From the IMG/VR virus record IMGVR_UViG_2850808358_000008, positions 1 through 37,329 of that record: DNA of 37,329 bases. One strand, 5' to 3'. The stretch comes from a virus (Duplodnaviria > Heunggongvirae > Uroviricota > Caudoviricetes). The notes under the pieces were generated by a model, which was not told the DNA's origin, made no database searches, and worked only from the letters and a program-made list of their open reading frames with translations. Position numbers and translations under genes: made by a program. Below, one piece after another: positions 1 to 9,571 of the stretch. Within the stretch, counting starts at the first letter, position 1, and each line of letters opens with the position of its first letter.

Positions 1-1005
1 TTAATCCCCCGTGGACACTGCGTGGACACTTACGCCACCTTTCAGCGGATTAAGGGCCACCGCATCCTGCAGGTAATCCGGTGCAAAATGCGCATATGCC
101 ATTGTTTGCTGAATGGTTGCGTGGCCAAGAATCTTCTGAAGCGCAATAATGTTTCCTCCGTTCATCACAAAATGGCTGGCGAACGTATGCCGCAGCACAT
201 GTGCAGCCTGGCCTTTTGGTAAATCGGGCTTAACTCTTTTCAGCGCCAAGCAGAATTCCCGGTACTTCACCTCAAACAAGCCGCCTGTTTCTCTGGTTTT
301 GATCGCCTCACAAACTGCCTGCGAAATTGGCACTGTTCTCTTTCGGCCATTTTTGGTTTCAAGAAACGTTACACGGTTATGAACTATCTGTTCACCACGA
401 AGCTTACAAGCTTCACTCCAGCGCGCCCCTGTGCTTAAACACAAAAGCGCAACACGCCAGTAGTCGCCCTCCAATGTATCGAGCAATAGCGCTACTTCCT
501 TCCGGGACAGGAAAGCCATTTCTCGCGGGGATACATAAAGAATAGAAATCCCCCTTACCGGATGCTCTGCATCCCAGAGGCCTATTTTCTTCAGTACGGT
601 AAACATTCCGGATAACCGATTCATATATCTGTTAGCAGATGACGGTTTCAATCCATCAGCTATCTTTTGAGAACGCCACGCGATAATTTTCAGCTTATCA
701 AGATCCACAGCCTGCATATCAGCGCCAAGCTCATTGATTATGTTGCGCAGTTGTTTTCGGTCTTCTTCCGCCTTACGCCTGTGCTGGCCGTGATACATCC
801 ACCACAACTCAAGCAAATCATTTAGCGTTCGACGATCACGGTAGCCCTGTATATATTCCCGCTTTTCAGCGTTCGCCATGATGTAGCGTTCAGTGGCCAC
901 CGCTACCGATTTTTTGTCAAATACCTTACGCACGCGCTTTCCCTTGCGTCCGTTCGGCCTGATGTCCAGCAAATAACGACCATCTTCGAGCTTCTTAATC
1001 GACAT
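1..1005 (-). CDS. int: Tyrosine integrase, P2 Int-like
   Basis: 339-aa ORF with conserved tyrosine-recombinase C-terminal motifs (HVLRHTFASHF, MAYAHF) and an N-terminus resembling P2 Int by recollection. ATG at 1005 follows a GGAGGG RBS; the ORF track begins at a TTG at 1020. Confidence 0.9.
   Translation of the reverse strand: MSIKKLEDGRYLLDIRPNGRKGKRVRKVFDKKSVAVATERYIMANAEKREYIQGYRDRRTLNDLLELWWMYHGQHRRKAEEDRKQLRNIINELGADMQAVDLDKLKIIAWRSQKIADGLKPSSANRYMNRLSGMFTVLKKIGLWDAEHPVRGISILYVSPREMAFLSRKEVALLLDTLEGDYWRVALLCLSTGARWSEACKLRGEQIVHNRVTFLETKNGRKRTVPISQAVCEAIKTRETGGLFEVKYREFCLALKRVKPDLPKGQAAHVLRHTFASHFVMNGGNIIALQKILGHATIQQTMAYAHFAPDYLQDAVALNPLKGGVSVHAVSTGD
11..28. repeat. attL core (gtggacactgcgtggaca), lying inside the 3' end of int
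   Basis: The 18-mer recurs at 36149-36166 with one mismatch (gtggtcactgcgtggaca). The left copy encodes the integrase C-terminus, as is typical for att cores. Confidence 0.65.
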
Positions 1006-1101
1006 CGCGAAGCCCTCCAATGAACCGCTCTACAATTTCTCCAGCCTCTTTCCAGCAATAATCAGACCAGACAAAAAGCAGGTCTAACCAGTTTTCTGGC
1101 C

Positions 1102-1421
1102 TCAGCGGGGTAATTTTTGTTTTGTTTCGGTTGAACTCTGATCGCCCTCCAAACTGGAGAAGCCATCAAGAGAGAGAGCCGGAGAAATTTGCCCAACCTC
1201 CGGCATCGTTTCATCTGTTGATAACCAATAAGCATACTTCTTAAATTTTGGGTGTTTCGTAACCTTAAGTAAGGCCCCCTCTGTTACTTGCTTCCCCCTC
1301 ACCTCATAGTTAGTTACCGTCCATAAGGCAGCCCAACACAATCCGCAAACTCCTGGCGGGTCATACCTTCTGCTTCACGAATCAGGCGAAATTTTTCACC
1401 CATGCTTGACAAAGATGCCAT
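1102..1421 (-). CDS. C: P2 C-type immunity repressor, interrupted by an apparent 1-bp deletion near 1320-1322
   Basis: The N-terminal HTH part (MASLSSMGEKFRLIREAEGMTRQEFADCVGLPYG) stops at 1316-1314, and the C-terminal part (TVTNYEVRGK...KFKKYAYWLSTDETMPEVGQISPALS) continues in the neighbouring frame to 1102. Both halves resemble P2 C by recollection. Confidence 0.65.
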
Positions 1422-1483
1422 ATCGGGCATATCCTCCATTACAAACATGCCACATCGGGCACTCACACATAAAAAAGCTCAAA

Positions 1484-1510
1484 TAAGCCTATATAAGCCA
1501 TTTTGAGCCA
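1484..1510. promoter_or_regulatory. Three 10-bp-phased direct repeats (TAAGCCT, TAAGCCA, TGAGCCA) in the C/cox divergent control region; candidate operator
   Basis: Repeats start at 1484, 1494 and 1504, between divergent C and cox. P2-type C and Cox proteins are known to bind direct repeats in the Pe/Pc region. Confidence 0.35.
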
Positions 1511-1537
1511 TTCGAACGAATTAAGGAGATTACCACA

Positions 1538-1825
1538 ATGAGCGAATCAGAGCTTGAGGGGTTCATTCAGGTAGCACCATATCCACTTGAAGCGGTGCCA
1601 TATCAACTATTCGCCAAGATGATTGGCCGCAAAGAATCAACCGTCAGAACCATGATTGACGCTGCAAAGCTACCAACGATTGACTTTGTAAAACCAGGTT
1701 CAGCAAAGACGCGAGCATCAGAAAACTGGGTATATCTGCCAGCATTTAACGCAGGTATGCGCAAAGCGTTTTTTGATCAGCCGAAAGAGCGCCGCGACGC
1801 ATGGTTGCTCTGGCTGGGTCTTTGA
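1538..1825 (+). CDS. cox: Cox-like excisionase / early transcriptional regulator
   Basis: 95-aa ORF divergent from C. Internal motif (WVYLPAFNAG ... AWLLWLGL) resembles P2 Cox by recollection (WVYLPAWNNG ... GWLMWLGL). RBS AAGGAG lies upstream. Confidence 0.8.
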   Translation: MSESELEGFIQVAPYPLEAVPYQLFAKMIGRKESTVRTMIDAAKLPTIDFVKPGSAKTRASENWVYLPAFNAGMRKAFFDQPKERRDAWLLWLGL

Positions 1826-1836
1826 CGAGGATTTTT

Positions 1837-2178
1837 ATGAGACAACAACGTAATTCACGCTTCCGCAACGGCGCAGAACGCCATGCTAACCGTTTCGCTA
1901 CCAGTGCATCACGTAGCAACTCTCGCTACAGCCTGAGCGAAACACACGCAACGCCGGATGGCTACCCCGTAAAACAAATCGGCGAGCATACCTGGCTGAT
2001 TGAGAAAGCCGGAATCGCGGTCCACAAATGCCCGCGAAATCCGTTTACCGGAAACCGCATTTTTGCGCTGAGCAGCGGAGACAATCAGTTCGGACAGGAT
2101 TTCACATTGTACGAAGCACTACGCACGGTTGATCGCCTGCTGCGTGGACAGAGTTTTATTAAACAGGCTGATTTATAA
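1837..2178 (+). CDS. Hypothetical early protein
   Basis: ORF in the early operon after cox. The ATG at 1837 was chosen because the longer ORF start (1801) overlaps the end of cox. Confidence 0.4.
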   Translation: MRQQRNSRFRNGAERHANRFATSASRSNSRYSLSETHATPDGYPVKQIGEHTWLIEKAGIAVHKCPRNPFTGNRIFALSSGDNQFGQDFTLYEALRTVDRLLRGQSFIKQADL

Positions 2179-2189
2179 CAGGTGCTTTA

Positions 2190-2476
2190 TGACTAAAGAA
2201 CATACTCAGGGTGTATTTATCCGCTTTATTGATTTTCGCGGTGAACTGTTATTACGCGCATCCGCTATTGATGGAGTGGCTCCGGCGGGGAGAAACGGAA
2301 CCGCTGAAGCCACTTACGTTTATCTGAACGGCACTCGACTGCTTGTGGAACTTCCGTACCAGAGCGTACGAGAAATCATTAGCGAAGCTGAAAAGGCACG
2401 TCAGGTTAATGGCGATAAACCCTATATCGAAATTATTTGTATGGATTCAGAAGCAGAAATCCAGAAGGCAGATTAA
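2190..2476 (+). CDS. Hypothetical early protein
   Basis: 95-aa ORF, co-oriented and tightly packed in the early operon. Confidence 0.45.
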
Positions 2477-2486
2477 AGGGCGTGCG

Positions 2487-2729
2487 ATGGACAAAGAATA
2501 TAAAGCTCTCGTCAATAAAGCACTTGAGCGTTTTCATTTTCGCTTAAACACATCAGGGCTTCACGCCGAACACGCAGCCCATGATTCATTAGCAAGGGCA
2601 ATCAGAAGCCTTTATGACGTGGCCTTTTACGCTGACGATTTGGATGCAATTAACGAACTTTCCGAACTCGTCTGCGCTGCAGAATGCGGGGATCGCATTG
2701 AACCATATAAACTGGGGAATATCGCATGA
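2487..2729 (+). CDS. Hypothetical early protein
   Basis: 80-aa ORF in the early operon. Confidence 0.45.
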   Translation: MDKEYKALVNKALERFHFRLNTSGLHAEHAAHDSLARAIRSLYDVAFYADDLDAINELSELVCAAECGDRIEPYKLGNIA

Positions 2730-2839
2730 GTATATTTATGTCATGGATTGTTCTGATTATTTCGGTGGCCTGCGCAATCGGGATTATGCGAATTATTCAT
2801 TCAGTGAAAAAGATTGAGCGTTTTTTCTCTGACGAATAA
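2726..2839 (+). CDS. Small hydrophobic peptide (37 aa), possibly a membrane protein
   Basis: ATG overlaps the previous stop (ATGA). Product MSIFMSWIVLIISVACAIGIMRIIHSVKKIERFFSDE is mostly a single hydrophobic segment. Below the ORF-track length cutoff. Confidence 0.3.
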   Translation: MSIFMSWIVLIISVACAIGIMRIIHSVKKIERFFSDE

Positions 2840-2932
2840 CAGCACAAATAAAACACCAGATTAAATAAGAAAACGTGAAAACCATCCGAATTAGCGGAGG
2901 CATTCACACACGTAAATAATGGAGATACAAAA

Positions 2933-3343
2933 ATGAACGCAAAAGAAAAAGGCATTGTAACTGTGCTAAAAAATATATCGAAGACCGCAAACAAAGCCAT
3001 TCAGGATGCAACAAATGCAGGAATGATTGGGCCTGCCACCACAGCCATGATGATAGCAAGGGTAACCGCCGAAGCAGCCGAAATTATCGAAAAACAGGAT
3101 GCTGAACTAACGGTTCTCAGAACACAACCAGTCACCGGACTGGATTTGTCTAACACCGGACGCCTTATTTACACAATTGGCTCGGAGCCACAGCAATACA
3201 CCATTATCGCCGGATTACAGGATAAATACTTGATCACTCCTCACCCCATAAGGGAATCAGAAATTCTGACAAATCTCCGCCTGATAGAGCGCTCTCAAGT
3301 CGCATTCATTGATGGCGCGCAACGTGCCGTATTTAACGCATAG
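2933..3343 (+). CDS. Hypothetical early protein (136 aa)
   Basis: ORF preceded by GGAG; position corresponds to the B/orf80 region of P2-like early operons. Confidence 0.5.
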   Translation: MNAKEKGIVTVLKNISKTANKAIQDATNAGMIGPATTAMMIARVTAEAAEIIEKQDAELTVLRTQPVTGLDLSNTGRLIYTIGSEPQQYTIIAGLQDKYLITPHPIRESEILTNLRLIERSQVAFIDGAQRAVFNA

Positions 3344-3366
3344 GGCTATTGGGCAAAGAGAGCGTA

Positions 3367-3570
3367 ATGGCAATTAAGCATTTTCCCGTCGTTCGCTTTA
3401 CCTCCAGAGGACGCGAATACGAGGTCGACGAACGCCTGATTACCACTATCGACAAACACCGTTCAGAAAAGGATGCACATCACATCTATCTCACTGACGG
3501 CACTTACTTCTGCGCCACGAATGTGGTGCGGGTGAACCTTATCCGACAGGCACAGGAGTCACGCAGATGA
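3367..3570 (+). CDS. Hypothetical early protein (about 68 aa)
   Basis: ORF in the early operon; its stop overlaps the next start. Confidence 0.45.
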   Translation: MAIKHFPVVRFTSRGREYEVDERLITTIDKHRSEKDAHHIYLTDGTYFCATNVVRVNLIRQAQESRR

Positions 3571-3812
3571 CCATTCTGGACTACATCGCTGCCAATCCGG
3601 GTTGTAGCAGTGGAGAAATCGCCGCAGCACTGAATACCCCAACCACAGCCATTAATGCGGAGTTACGCCGACTCTGGCGCGACGGCTTAGTCATCAGAGA
3701 AGAACGCAAAACAGGCGGTCGGTTCTCTTACCAGGTAAACCCGATGCCGTTCGGGTGTGGCAACCCACTTACTCACATGTTTAACCAGCTACTGAAGGAA
3801 GCCAGAGCATGA
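3567..3812 (+). CDS. Small early protein, possible winged-helix DNA-binding protein
   Basis: 81-aa ORF, translationally coupled to its neighbours. Confidence 0.45.
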   Translation: MTILDYIAANPGCSSGEIAAALNTPTTAINAELRRLWRDGLVIREERKTGGRFSYQVNPMPFGCGNPLTHMFNQLLKEARA

Positions 3813-4108
3813 GCACCATCAACCACCAGGAACTACGCGAACTGGCGACTGACCTGCAACGAATGGCAACGCATCAAAAATTACTGGCATTTCGCGCAAT
3901 GCTCTCGCCGTCTGCTGTGCTGGCACTGCTGGATGAGCTGGAGCACGCCAGAACCATGGCTCCAGCCATTCGCCTGACGCTCCATCATGAAATCGCTGAT
4001 TTCTGCGCGACGTTGGAGGCGCCGGGCGAACCGGAAACGCCGGAAGCAACACAGCAAGAGCTGCTGCAACGCATTGACAAGGTTTTTGATTTTTTTCTGA
4101 ACCAGTAA
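3809..4108 (+). CDS. Hypothetical early protein (99 aa)
   Basis: ORF translationally coupled to the previous gene. Confidence 0.45.
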   Translation: MSTINHQELRELATDLQRMATHQKLLAFRAMLSPSAVLALLDELEHARTMAPAIRLTLHHEIADFCATLEAPGEPETPEATQQELLQRIDKVFDFFLNQ

Positions 4109-4216
4109 GAAACCAGAACATGCACACACAAAAAAACCGCTTGCCATGCCTCAATCGGTCAGGTTACATTTCCGCCGCACCTCATAAAACGGGTGCCGGG
4201 ATTTCCACCCCGCTGA

Positions 4217-4420
4217 CAACTACAGCGCACAACCGCGCCAGCGGTTTTTTTGTGCGTACTGTATCGCCACGTCTTTTTCGCACACGAATTATGGTGGGGC
4301 GTACGGGGCCGACTTCGGTCGGGCCGGGTTCTGTAGTTGCCGGTTGTGGAAACCCTGTACGTCTCACCACCCCGAGTTTTCCACCTCTGGATGGTGAGTT
4401 TTCAAAACTTGCAACTACAG
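4217..4420. repeat. Noncoding early region with three copies of the 9-mer CAACTACAG (two direct, one inverted) and a UUCG-loop hairpin
   Basis: CAACTACAG at 4217-4225 and 4412-4420, its reverse complement at 4331-4339, each next to a CACAACC-like motif. GGCCGAC-ttcg-GTCGGGCC hairpin near 4300-4320. Weak hairpin plus T7 run at 4232-4250. No convincing ORF across 4109-4430. Confidence 0.4.
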
Positions 4421-4430
4421 AGGCCACACC

Positions 4431-4661
4431 ATGGCAAACCGCAAACAGCACCGCGCTATCGCGGAGCGTCGTCACATCCAGACTGAAATCAACCGCAGAC
4501 TTTTCCGCGCATCACGCGTCGCGCAAATCATGCACATCAATATGCTGCATGAGCGCAGCCACGCACTATCAAACATCTATTCCGCCGCTGTTTTCAGCTA
4601 TCTGGCGGATGATCTGCACGAGCTTCAACAGCTCATCCAGCAGCAAAACAAACTCCATTAA
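4431..4661 (+). CDS. Hypothetical early protein (76 aa)
   Basis: ORF with a GAGG RBS overlapping the third CAACTACAG repeat. Confidence 0.4.
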   Translation: MANRKQHRAIAERRHIQTEINRRLFRASRVAQIMHINMLHERSHALSNIYSAAVFSYLADDLHELQQLIQQQNKLH

Positions 4662-4733
4662 TTCCTGTTCCGGGCCTTTCCTGCACCTTGCGGCGGGAGG
4701 CCTTCGCACATCTGTAACCAGAGGATTGCCGCA

Positions 4734-5099
4734 ATGATTCTCGCCAACGACTTTCTTGAATACCTGCTCAACACAGAGCGTGATCTTGCCGTTCGCGTGC
4801 GTGAACGTTATGACATGTACCTGAAATCCCTGCCTGTACCGCAGCTCGCTGACGGAAAGATTGTTATTGATGGTCGCTACATGATTGACAGCCACGAGGG
4901 AAATTACAGGCTTTACCGCATTGAAGGTGGCACCCCGTACGTTATTGGCATTTACCAGCGCCCATCCTCTGCAATCGTCGATGTGATTGCCGACAGCATC
5001 CGCATCACACATCGCCATGCCGACACAGAAGACACCGTGCTGGAAATTCAGCGGCTGGCTACAGTCTGCCGCGACACCCTGAATGGCATGACGAAGTAA
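4734..5099 (+). CDS. Hypothetical early protein (121 aa)
   Basis: ORF immediately upstream of A. Confidence 0.5.
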   Translation: MILANDFLEYLLNTERDLAVRVRERYDMYLKSLPVPQLADGKIVIDGRYMIDSHEGNYRLYRIEGGTPYVIGIYQRPSSAIVDVIADSIRITHRHADTEDTVLEIQRLATVCRDTLNGMTK

Positions 5100-5105
5100 A
5101 TCACT

Positions 5106-7726
5106 ATGACGGCAGAGTACATCAGGGACTGGCAACAACCGCGCCACGCAGTGGGGCGTGAAGGAACGGGGATCCCCGCTCCTGAATCCGCGCTTTCCTC
5201 CTGGCTGGATGCTTACCGGGCAGAGAACGAGCGCCGCCAGGAAATGGCTGATGCGGCGTTCTCCGCCACGCCGCTGGGCAACCTGATTAATAAAAGCCTG
5301 GACGCACAGGAAAAACAGGACAAAACCATCACACTGGCAGGAGACGCCAGAAAACAGGCACGCGGCGCGGTGGATGAAGCCATGGCCTCGCTGCGCCTGC
5401 TGCCGTCCTATCTGCGCGATCCGCTTATTCGCCACCTCTCCTTCCTGCGCAAAAAACAGGAAGCCGATCGCCAGAAAGGCAAAAAGAGCTGGCAGGCTGA
5501 ACGCTACGCGCGCGGAACCCTGCGCAAAATATTCGAACGTCTGGACCGCACCGACCACCGCTGGCTGACACGGGGTTATCGCGCCCTTGCCGGACGCGAA
5601 CGCCTGGACGATTTGCTTTACCTGCCGCAGCTCAACAAGCACCAGATACAGACGCTGGCCACCATGACGGCGGCGATGTTCAGCAGCACATTCGAAACAC
5701 TCTGTGATGGCCTTGGTGCCAGAGATGGCGAGCTGACCATGGAGGTGACGCTGAAGGCATATCAGATGCTGGCCCGCATGGCGTTACATCTGCACACCAT
5801 ACCGCCGCATTATGACGCACTGACAACAGACAAAGACCGGAGGAACGAACCGGACACGGAGCTGCTGCCGGGCGCAATCCTTCGCCTGACCTGTGCGGAC
5901 TGGTGGAAACGCAAACTGTGGCTGTTACGTTGCGAGTGGAGAGAAGAACAACTCCGCGCCGCCTGTCTGGTTTCCAGAAAAACATCGCCTTATCTGAGCC
6001 AGGACGCGTTAAGCGAGTTTCGCGCACAGCGCGAGAAAACACGCGATTTCCTGAAAAGTTTCATGCTGGAAAATGAAGACGGGTTCACGATTGATCTCGA
6101 GACAGTGTATTACGCGGGAGTAAGTAACCCGGTTCACCGTAAGGCAGAAATGATGGCCACCATGAAAGGGCGGAACTTATAGCCGAATCCCGTGGCGACA
6201 AAGCGGTGTTTCTGACTGTCACCTGCCCGTCAAAATACCACGCAACAACGGAGAACGGTCATCCGAACCCCAAATGGAACGGGGCTACCATGCGCGATTC
6301 CAGTGATTATCTGGTTAACACTTTTTTTAAAGCCGTTCGTAACAGACTGGACCGCAAGGGCCTGCGCTGGTATGGCATCCGCACGGTGGAGCCTCACCAT
6401 GACGGCACCGTGCACTGGCATATGATGGTCTTTGCCCATCCGGAAGAAATCGACAGCATCGTGACCATCGCCCGCGATATTGCCATTCGTGAAGACCGCC
6501 ACGAGCTGGGCGATGACATAACTCCGCGCTTTAAGGCGGAGTACGTCGACGGTTCGAAAGGTACGCCGACCAGCTATATCGCCACCTACATCGGAAAGAA
6601 CCTGGACAGCCACGCCGTGGATGGCATTGACCCGAAAACAGGCAAACCGCGCATCGACGACGAATCAGGAAAGACGATGGCAGAAAGCGTGGAACGCGCC
6701 ATCGGCTGGGCGCGCCTTCACCGGGTCCGCCAGTTCCAGTTCTTTGGCATCCCCTCCCGTCAGGTATGGCGTGAACTGCGCCGCCTTGCCAGCCAGATGG
6801 CACGCAACCCGGAAGGCCCGCAACGGCTGAAGGATGACGCAATGGATGCGGTTCTTGCTGCCGCTGATGCCGGGTGTTTTGCCACCTACATAGAGAAACA
6901 GGGCGGCGTACTTGTTCCACGTAAGGACTACCTGATTCGCACCGCCTACGACCTCGCAGATGAGCTGAACGATTACGGCGAACAGAGCGTACAGATTTAC
7001 GGGATCTGGTCGCCACTCATCGGGGAATCCTCCCGTGTGTGCACGCATCCGGACAACTGGAAGCTGGTAAGACGTAAACCGGAAGCGGAAGACAGCGCCC
7101 GCGAAAATGGTTTTGACCTTCAGGGCGGCCCTGCCGCCCCTTGGACTCGTGGCAATAACTGTCCCCGTGTACAGGAAACGAACAACAACGGGACAGAACA
7201 GCCGGAAGAACGGCCAGCACTGTGGCCGCAGCTCCCTGACGGCGTTGAAGTGAATGAATGGATGCGCTCACTGAAACGGCACGAACGCCGGGCGCTGATG
7301 CGTTCGCTGCGTGACAAACAGGCAAAAAACAGCAGTGCTGAAATGCAGAACTGGACACAGAGCCGCAAACAGCCACAGCCTTTGCCTGATAACCACGAGT
7401 TACTCGCTAAAGAATGGCGGGAGTCTGCTGAATCCCTTGGCCTGCATATCGGTGAACAGCAGATGCAGCACCTGTTACGGGGCGGCAGTCTGTACGTTGA
7501 CGGCAGCATCATTGCACCGCAGGGATTTGAAATTGTACGCAAACCGGATACCCGCCCGGACAGCCGAATCGCGCAGCTCTGGCAGCGCCTGAGCCGTAAT
7601 CACGGCGTAAGCAGCACGGAGATCCGCCATAACCCGGTCGCCAGCTATCTGGAACAGCTGGGGCATCAGACCCCGAAGCCGCTGCACGCCTGGCATCCAC
7701 ACTTCAGCAGGACCAGAACACCATGA
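5106..7726 (+). CDS. A: Rolling-circle replication initiator, P2 gpA-like, split by an apparent 1-bp deletion in a GGG run at 6168-6170
   Basis: Two ORFs (5106-6182 and 6206-7726) whose reading frame stays open across the junction (ERAELIAESRGDKAVFLTVTCPSKYH). The downstream part carries a metal-binding HWH motif and a YIATY double-tyrosine motif typical of P2 A-type nickases. Confidence 0.8.
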
Positions 7727-7926
7727 AAACCCCCGTTACCGTGCTTTCTGACATGCTGCGCGCCATCCGTGACGCAGAGCACGCACAGAGAATCAGTGAA
7801 ACCGCTGAACGCGCCCGCCGCAAAGCAGGCCTGCTGCGGGGTGGCCTGACCAGCGGAAACAAAAAACAGACAGAAACGGGATTCACAAAACCCGTGAATG
7901 AGCAAAAAACGCGCCGCGATATATGA
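7723..7926 (+). CDS. Hypothetical small protein, translationally coupled to A
   Basis: ATGA start/stop overlap with A. The 3' part overlaps the dyad repeats upstream of parM, so coding status is uncertain. Confidence 0.3.
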   Translation: MKTPVTVLSDMLRAIRDAEHAQRISETAERARRKAGLLRGGLTSGNKKQTETGFTKPVNEQKTRRDI

Positions 7927-7973
7927 AGCGCGCATAAAACAGGCAAAAACGGGATTTGAAAACCCCGTAAACG
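7874..7973. promoter_or_regulatory. Two dyad-symmetric repeat units upstream of parM; candidate parC-like centromere/operator
   Basis: aaACGGGattcacaaaaCCCGTgaatg at 7874-7900 and aaACGGGatttgaaaaCCCCGTaaacg at 7947-7973, flanking an AT-rich stretch just upstream of the parM start. Confidence 0.4.
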
Positions 7974-8002
7974 ATTAATTAATCAACATAAGGAAAAGCG
8001 AC

Positions 8003-8962
8003 ATGAAAATTTGTATCGACGACGGCTCCACCAACATCAAGCTGGCATGGACTGAGAACGGCGAACGCCGCAACGCCATCAGCCCGAACAGCTTCAAGTC
8101 GGAATGGTCTGCGCCGTTCGGTGGCTCGCAGCCTGCGAACTACATGCTTGATGGCGTGCGCTATGGTTTTGATCCGGTCAGCGATCGCTTTGTCCAGACG
8201 ACCGACACGCAATACCAGTACAGCGATGTGAATGTAATCGCCATTCACCACGCGCTGGTCAAATCAGGCATCACACCACAGGAGGTGGATGTGGTTGTCA
8301 CCCTGCCACTGAGCGAATATTTCGACACAAACGCACAGCCGGACATGGCCAACATCAACCGCAAAAAAGCGAACGTTATGCGCCCGGTGGAGTACCAGAA
8401 CGGTGAGGCATTCACTATCCGTAACGTGCGGGTTATGCCTGAATCCATTCCGGCTGGCTTTAAAGCACTGGCTGACATGAGTCCGTTTGAATCCCTGCTG
8501 ATTGTGGATTTAGGCGGAACCACGCTGGATGTGGCAAAGGTTCAGGGACAACTGGCAGGTATCAGCCAGGTGTTTTGCGATCCACACGTAGGCGTTTCTC
8601 TGATAGCCGATGCCGTACTGTCGGTGATGGCCACTAACGGTATGCGTACCAGTCACCATATCGCCAATACCATTATCGAACATCGCCGCGATGAAGCCTG
8701 GCTGCGCCAGCACATCCACAATGACGCGCATTACGCCAGCCTGATGACGGTTATTCGTGAAAAGGAAGAAACACTGAAACAACGCGTGATCCGCGCGCTG
8801 GCGGGTTTTTCGGGTTACGGGCGGGTGATGGTTGTCGGTGGCGGGGCGGAGATTGTGGCACCCGCTATCCGCGAAGCCTGCGGAGTTAATGCGACTTTCA
8901 TCGCGGACGGGGTGCCACAGTTTGCTCTGGTTAATGGGCTGTACGCAATGGACAAGGAGTAA
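8003..8962 (+). CDS. parM: Actin-like ATPase of the ParM/StbA family
   Basis: 319-aa ORF. N-terminus MKICIDDGSTNIKLAW and motifs DVNV(I/V)A(I/V)HHAL, MPESIPAG, DLGGTTLD and GGGAE match plasmid R1 ParM as recalled. Confidence 0.8.
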   Translation: MKICIDDGSTNIKLAWTENGERRNAISPNSFKSEWSAPFGGSQPANYMLDGVRYGFDPVSDRFVQTTDTQYQYSDVNVIAIHHALVKSGITPQEVDVVVTLPLSEYFDTNAQPDMANINRKKANVMRPVEYQNGEAFTIRNVRVMPESIPAGFKALADMSPFESLLIVDLGGTTLDVAKVQGQLAGISQVFCDPHVGVSLIADAVLSVMATNGMRTSHHIANTIIEHRRDEAWLRQHIHNDAHYASLMTVIREKEETLKQRVIRALAGFSGYGRVMVVGGGAEIVAPAIREACGVNATFIADGVPQFALVNGLYAMDKE

Positions 8963-8966
8963 ACCA

Positions 8967-9278
8967 ATGACGACACCAACCAGACGGATAAGTTTCTATC
9001 TGAAGCCCGCCGCCGTCAAGAACGAAGGCGAAGCATGCGCTTGGCTGGACAGCCTTACACCAGAAGCCCGCAAAAGCGGCCAACGCGTGGCTTTTCTGGC
9101 CGGGCTGGCGCTTCTGAAAATGAATCCAGCAGAGGCTTACCGACTGGCTGCATGGGCTGACGATGAGGCGTTATCGGTGACACAAACCAGGACAGAACGC
9201 CCCGTGCCACAGCCAGTACCAACCGCACAGATAACCAGTCAGATAGCAGGGAATATCCGGGCATTATTTCCTGAATGA
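8967..9278 (+). CDS. parR: ParR/StbB-like ribbon-helix-helix adaptor
   Basis: 104-aa ORF directly after parM. N-terminal RRISFYLKP and central AFLAGLAL resemble R1 ParR (RRTIAFKLNP, ALTAGLAL) as recalled. Confidence 0.55.
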   Translation: MTTPTRRISFYLKPAAVKNEGEACAWLDSLTPEARKSGQRVAFLAGLALLKMNPAEAYRLAAWADDEALSVTQTRTERPVPQPVPTAQITSQIAGNIRALFPE

Positions 9279-9338
9279 CGAATTTGACGGCTTTTAATTT
9301 TATCGGGGTGCACTGTCGCCCCGCACGAGGAAAACACG

Positions 9339-9507
9339 ATGAAAAAATACGAATACATGCTAATGAAAGAAGCACTGCGGGCTGGTCTGGCTCCCTGTCC
9401 TGTATCCGTAGAAGCTGTTGTTGGGAACACGATTTTCCGAACGCTGCGAAATCGCGTATCCGTGAAGATGGTTCACCAACCACCCAAATCTACCAGCATG
9501 ATCTATC
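9339..9507 (+). pseudogene. 5' fragment of a 175-aa hypothetical gene interrupted by the IS600-like element
   Basis: The frame beginning at ATG 9339 runs into the IS left end at 9508, and rejoins in frame after the IS at 10771 once the 3-bp duplication is removed. Confidence 0.6.
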
Positions 9508-9571
9508 TGAGGTAGCCTGAGTTTAACGGACACTCCTTCCTGAAATAGAATGGCATCAGAAGGAGCTAATA

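Noticed and set aside
4120-4737. 205-aa plus-strand ORF across the noncoding island
   Set aside because: Ser/Thr/Pro-rich low-complexity translation with no start context, overlapping the structured repeat region and ORF 4431-4661.
4569-5642. 357-aa minus-strand ORF
   Set aside because: Antisense to ORF 4734-5099 and the start of A, with no RBS or family features; a typical shadow ORF in GC-rich coding DNA.
6531-7702. Several 75-160-aa minus-strand ORFs
   Set aside because: All lie antisense within the A gene with Arg/Pro/Gly-rich translations typical of GC-rich shadow frames.
5106-7726. Reading the two A ORFs (and likewise the FI, T and C halves) as separate genes
   Set aside because: In each case the two halves together reproduce one conserved P2 protein and join in the adjacent frame at a short G-run, so they are one gene with a frameshift.
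9275-9520. 81-aa plus-strand ORF reading into the IS left end
   Set aside because: Alternative frame of the same region; the 9339 frame has an RBS and continues in frame across the IS insertion point.
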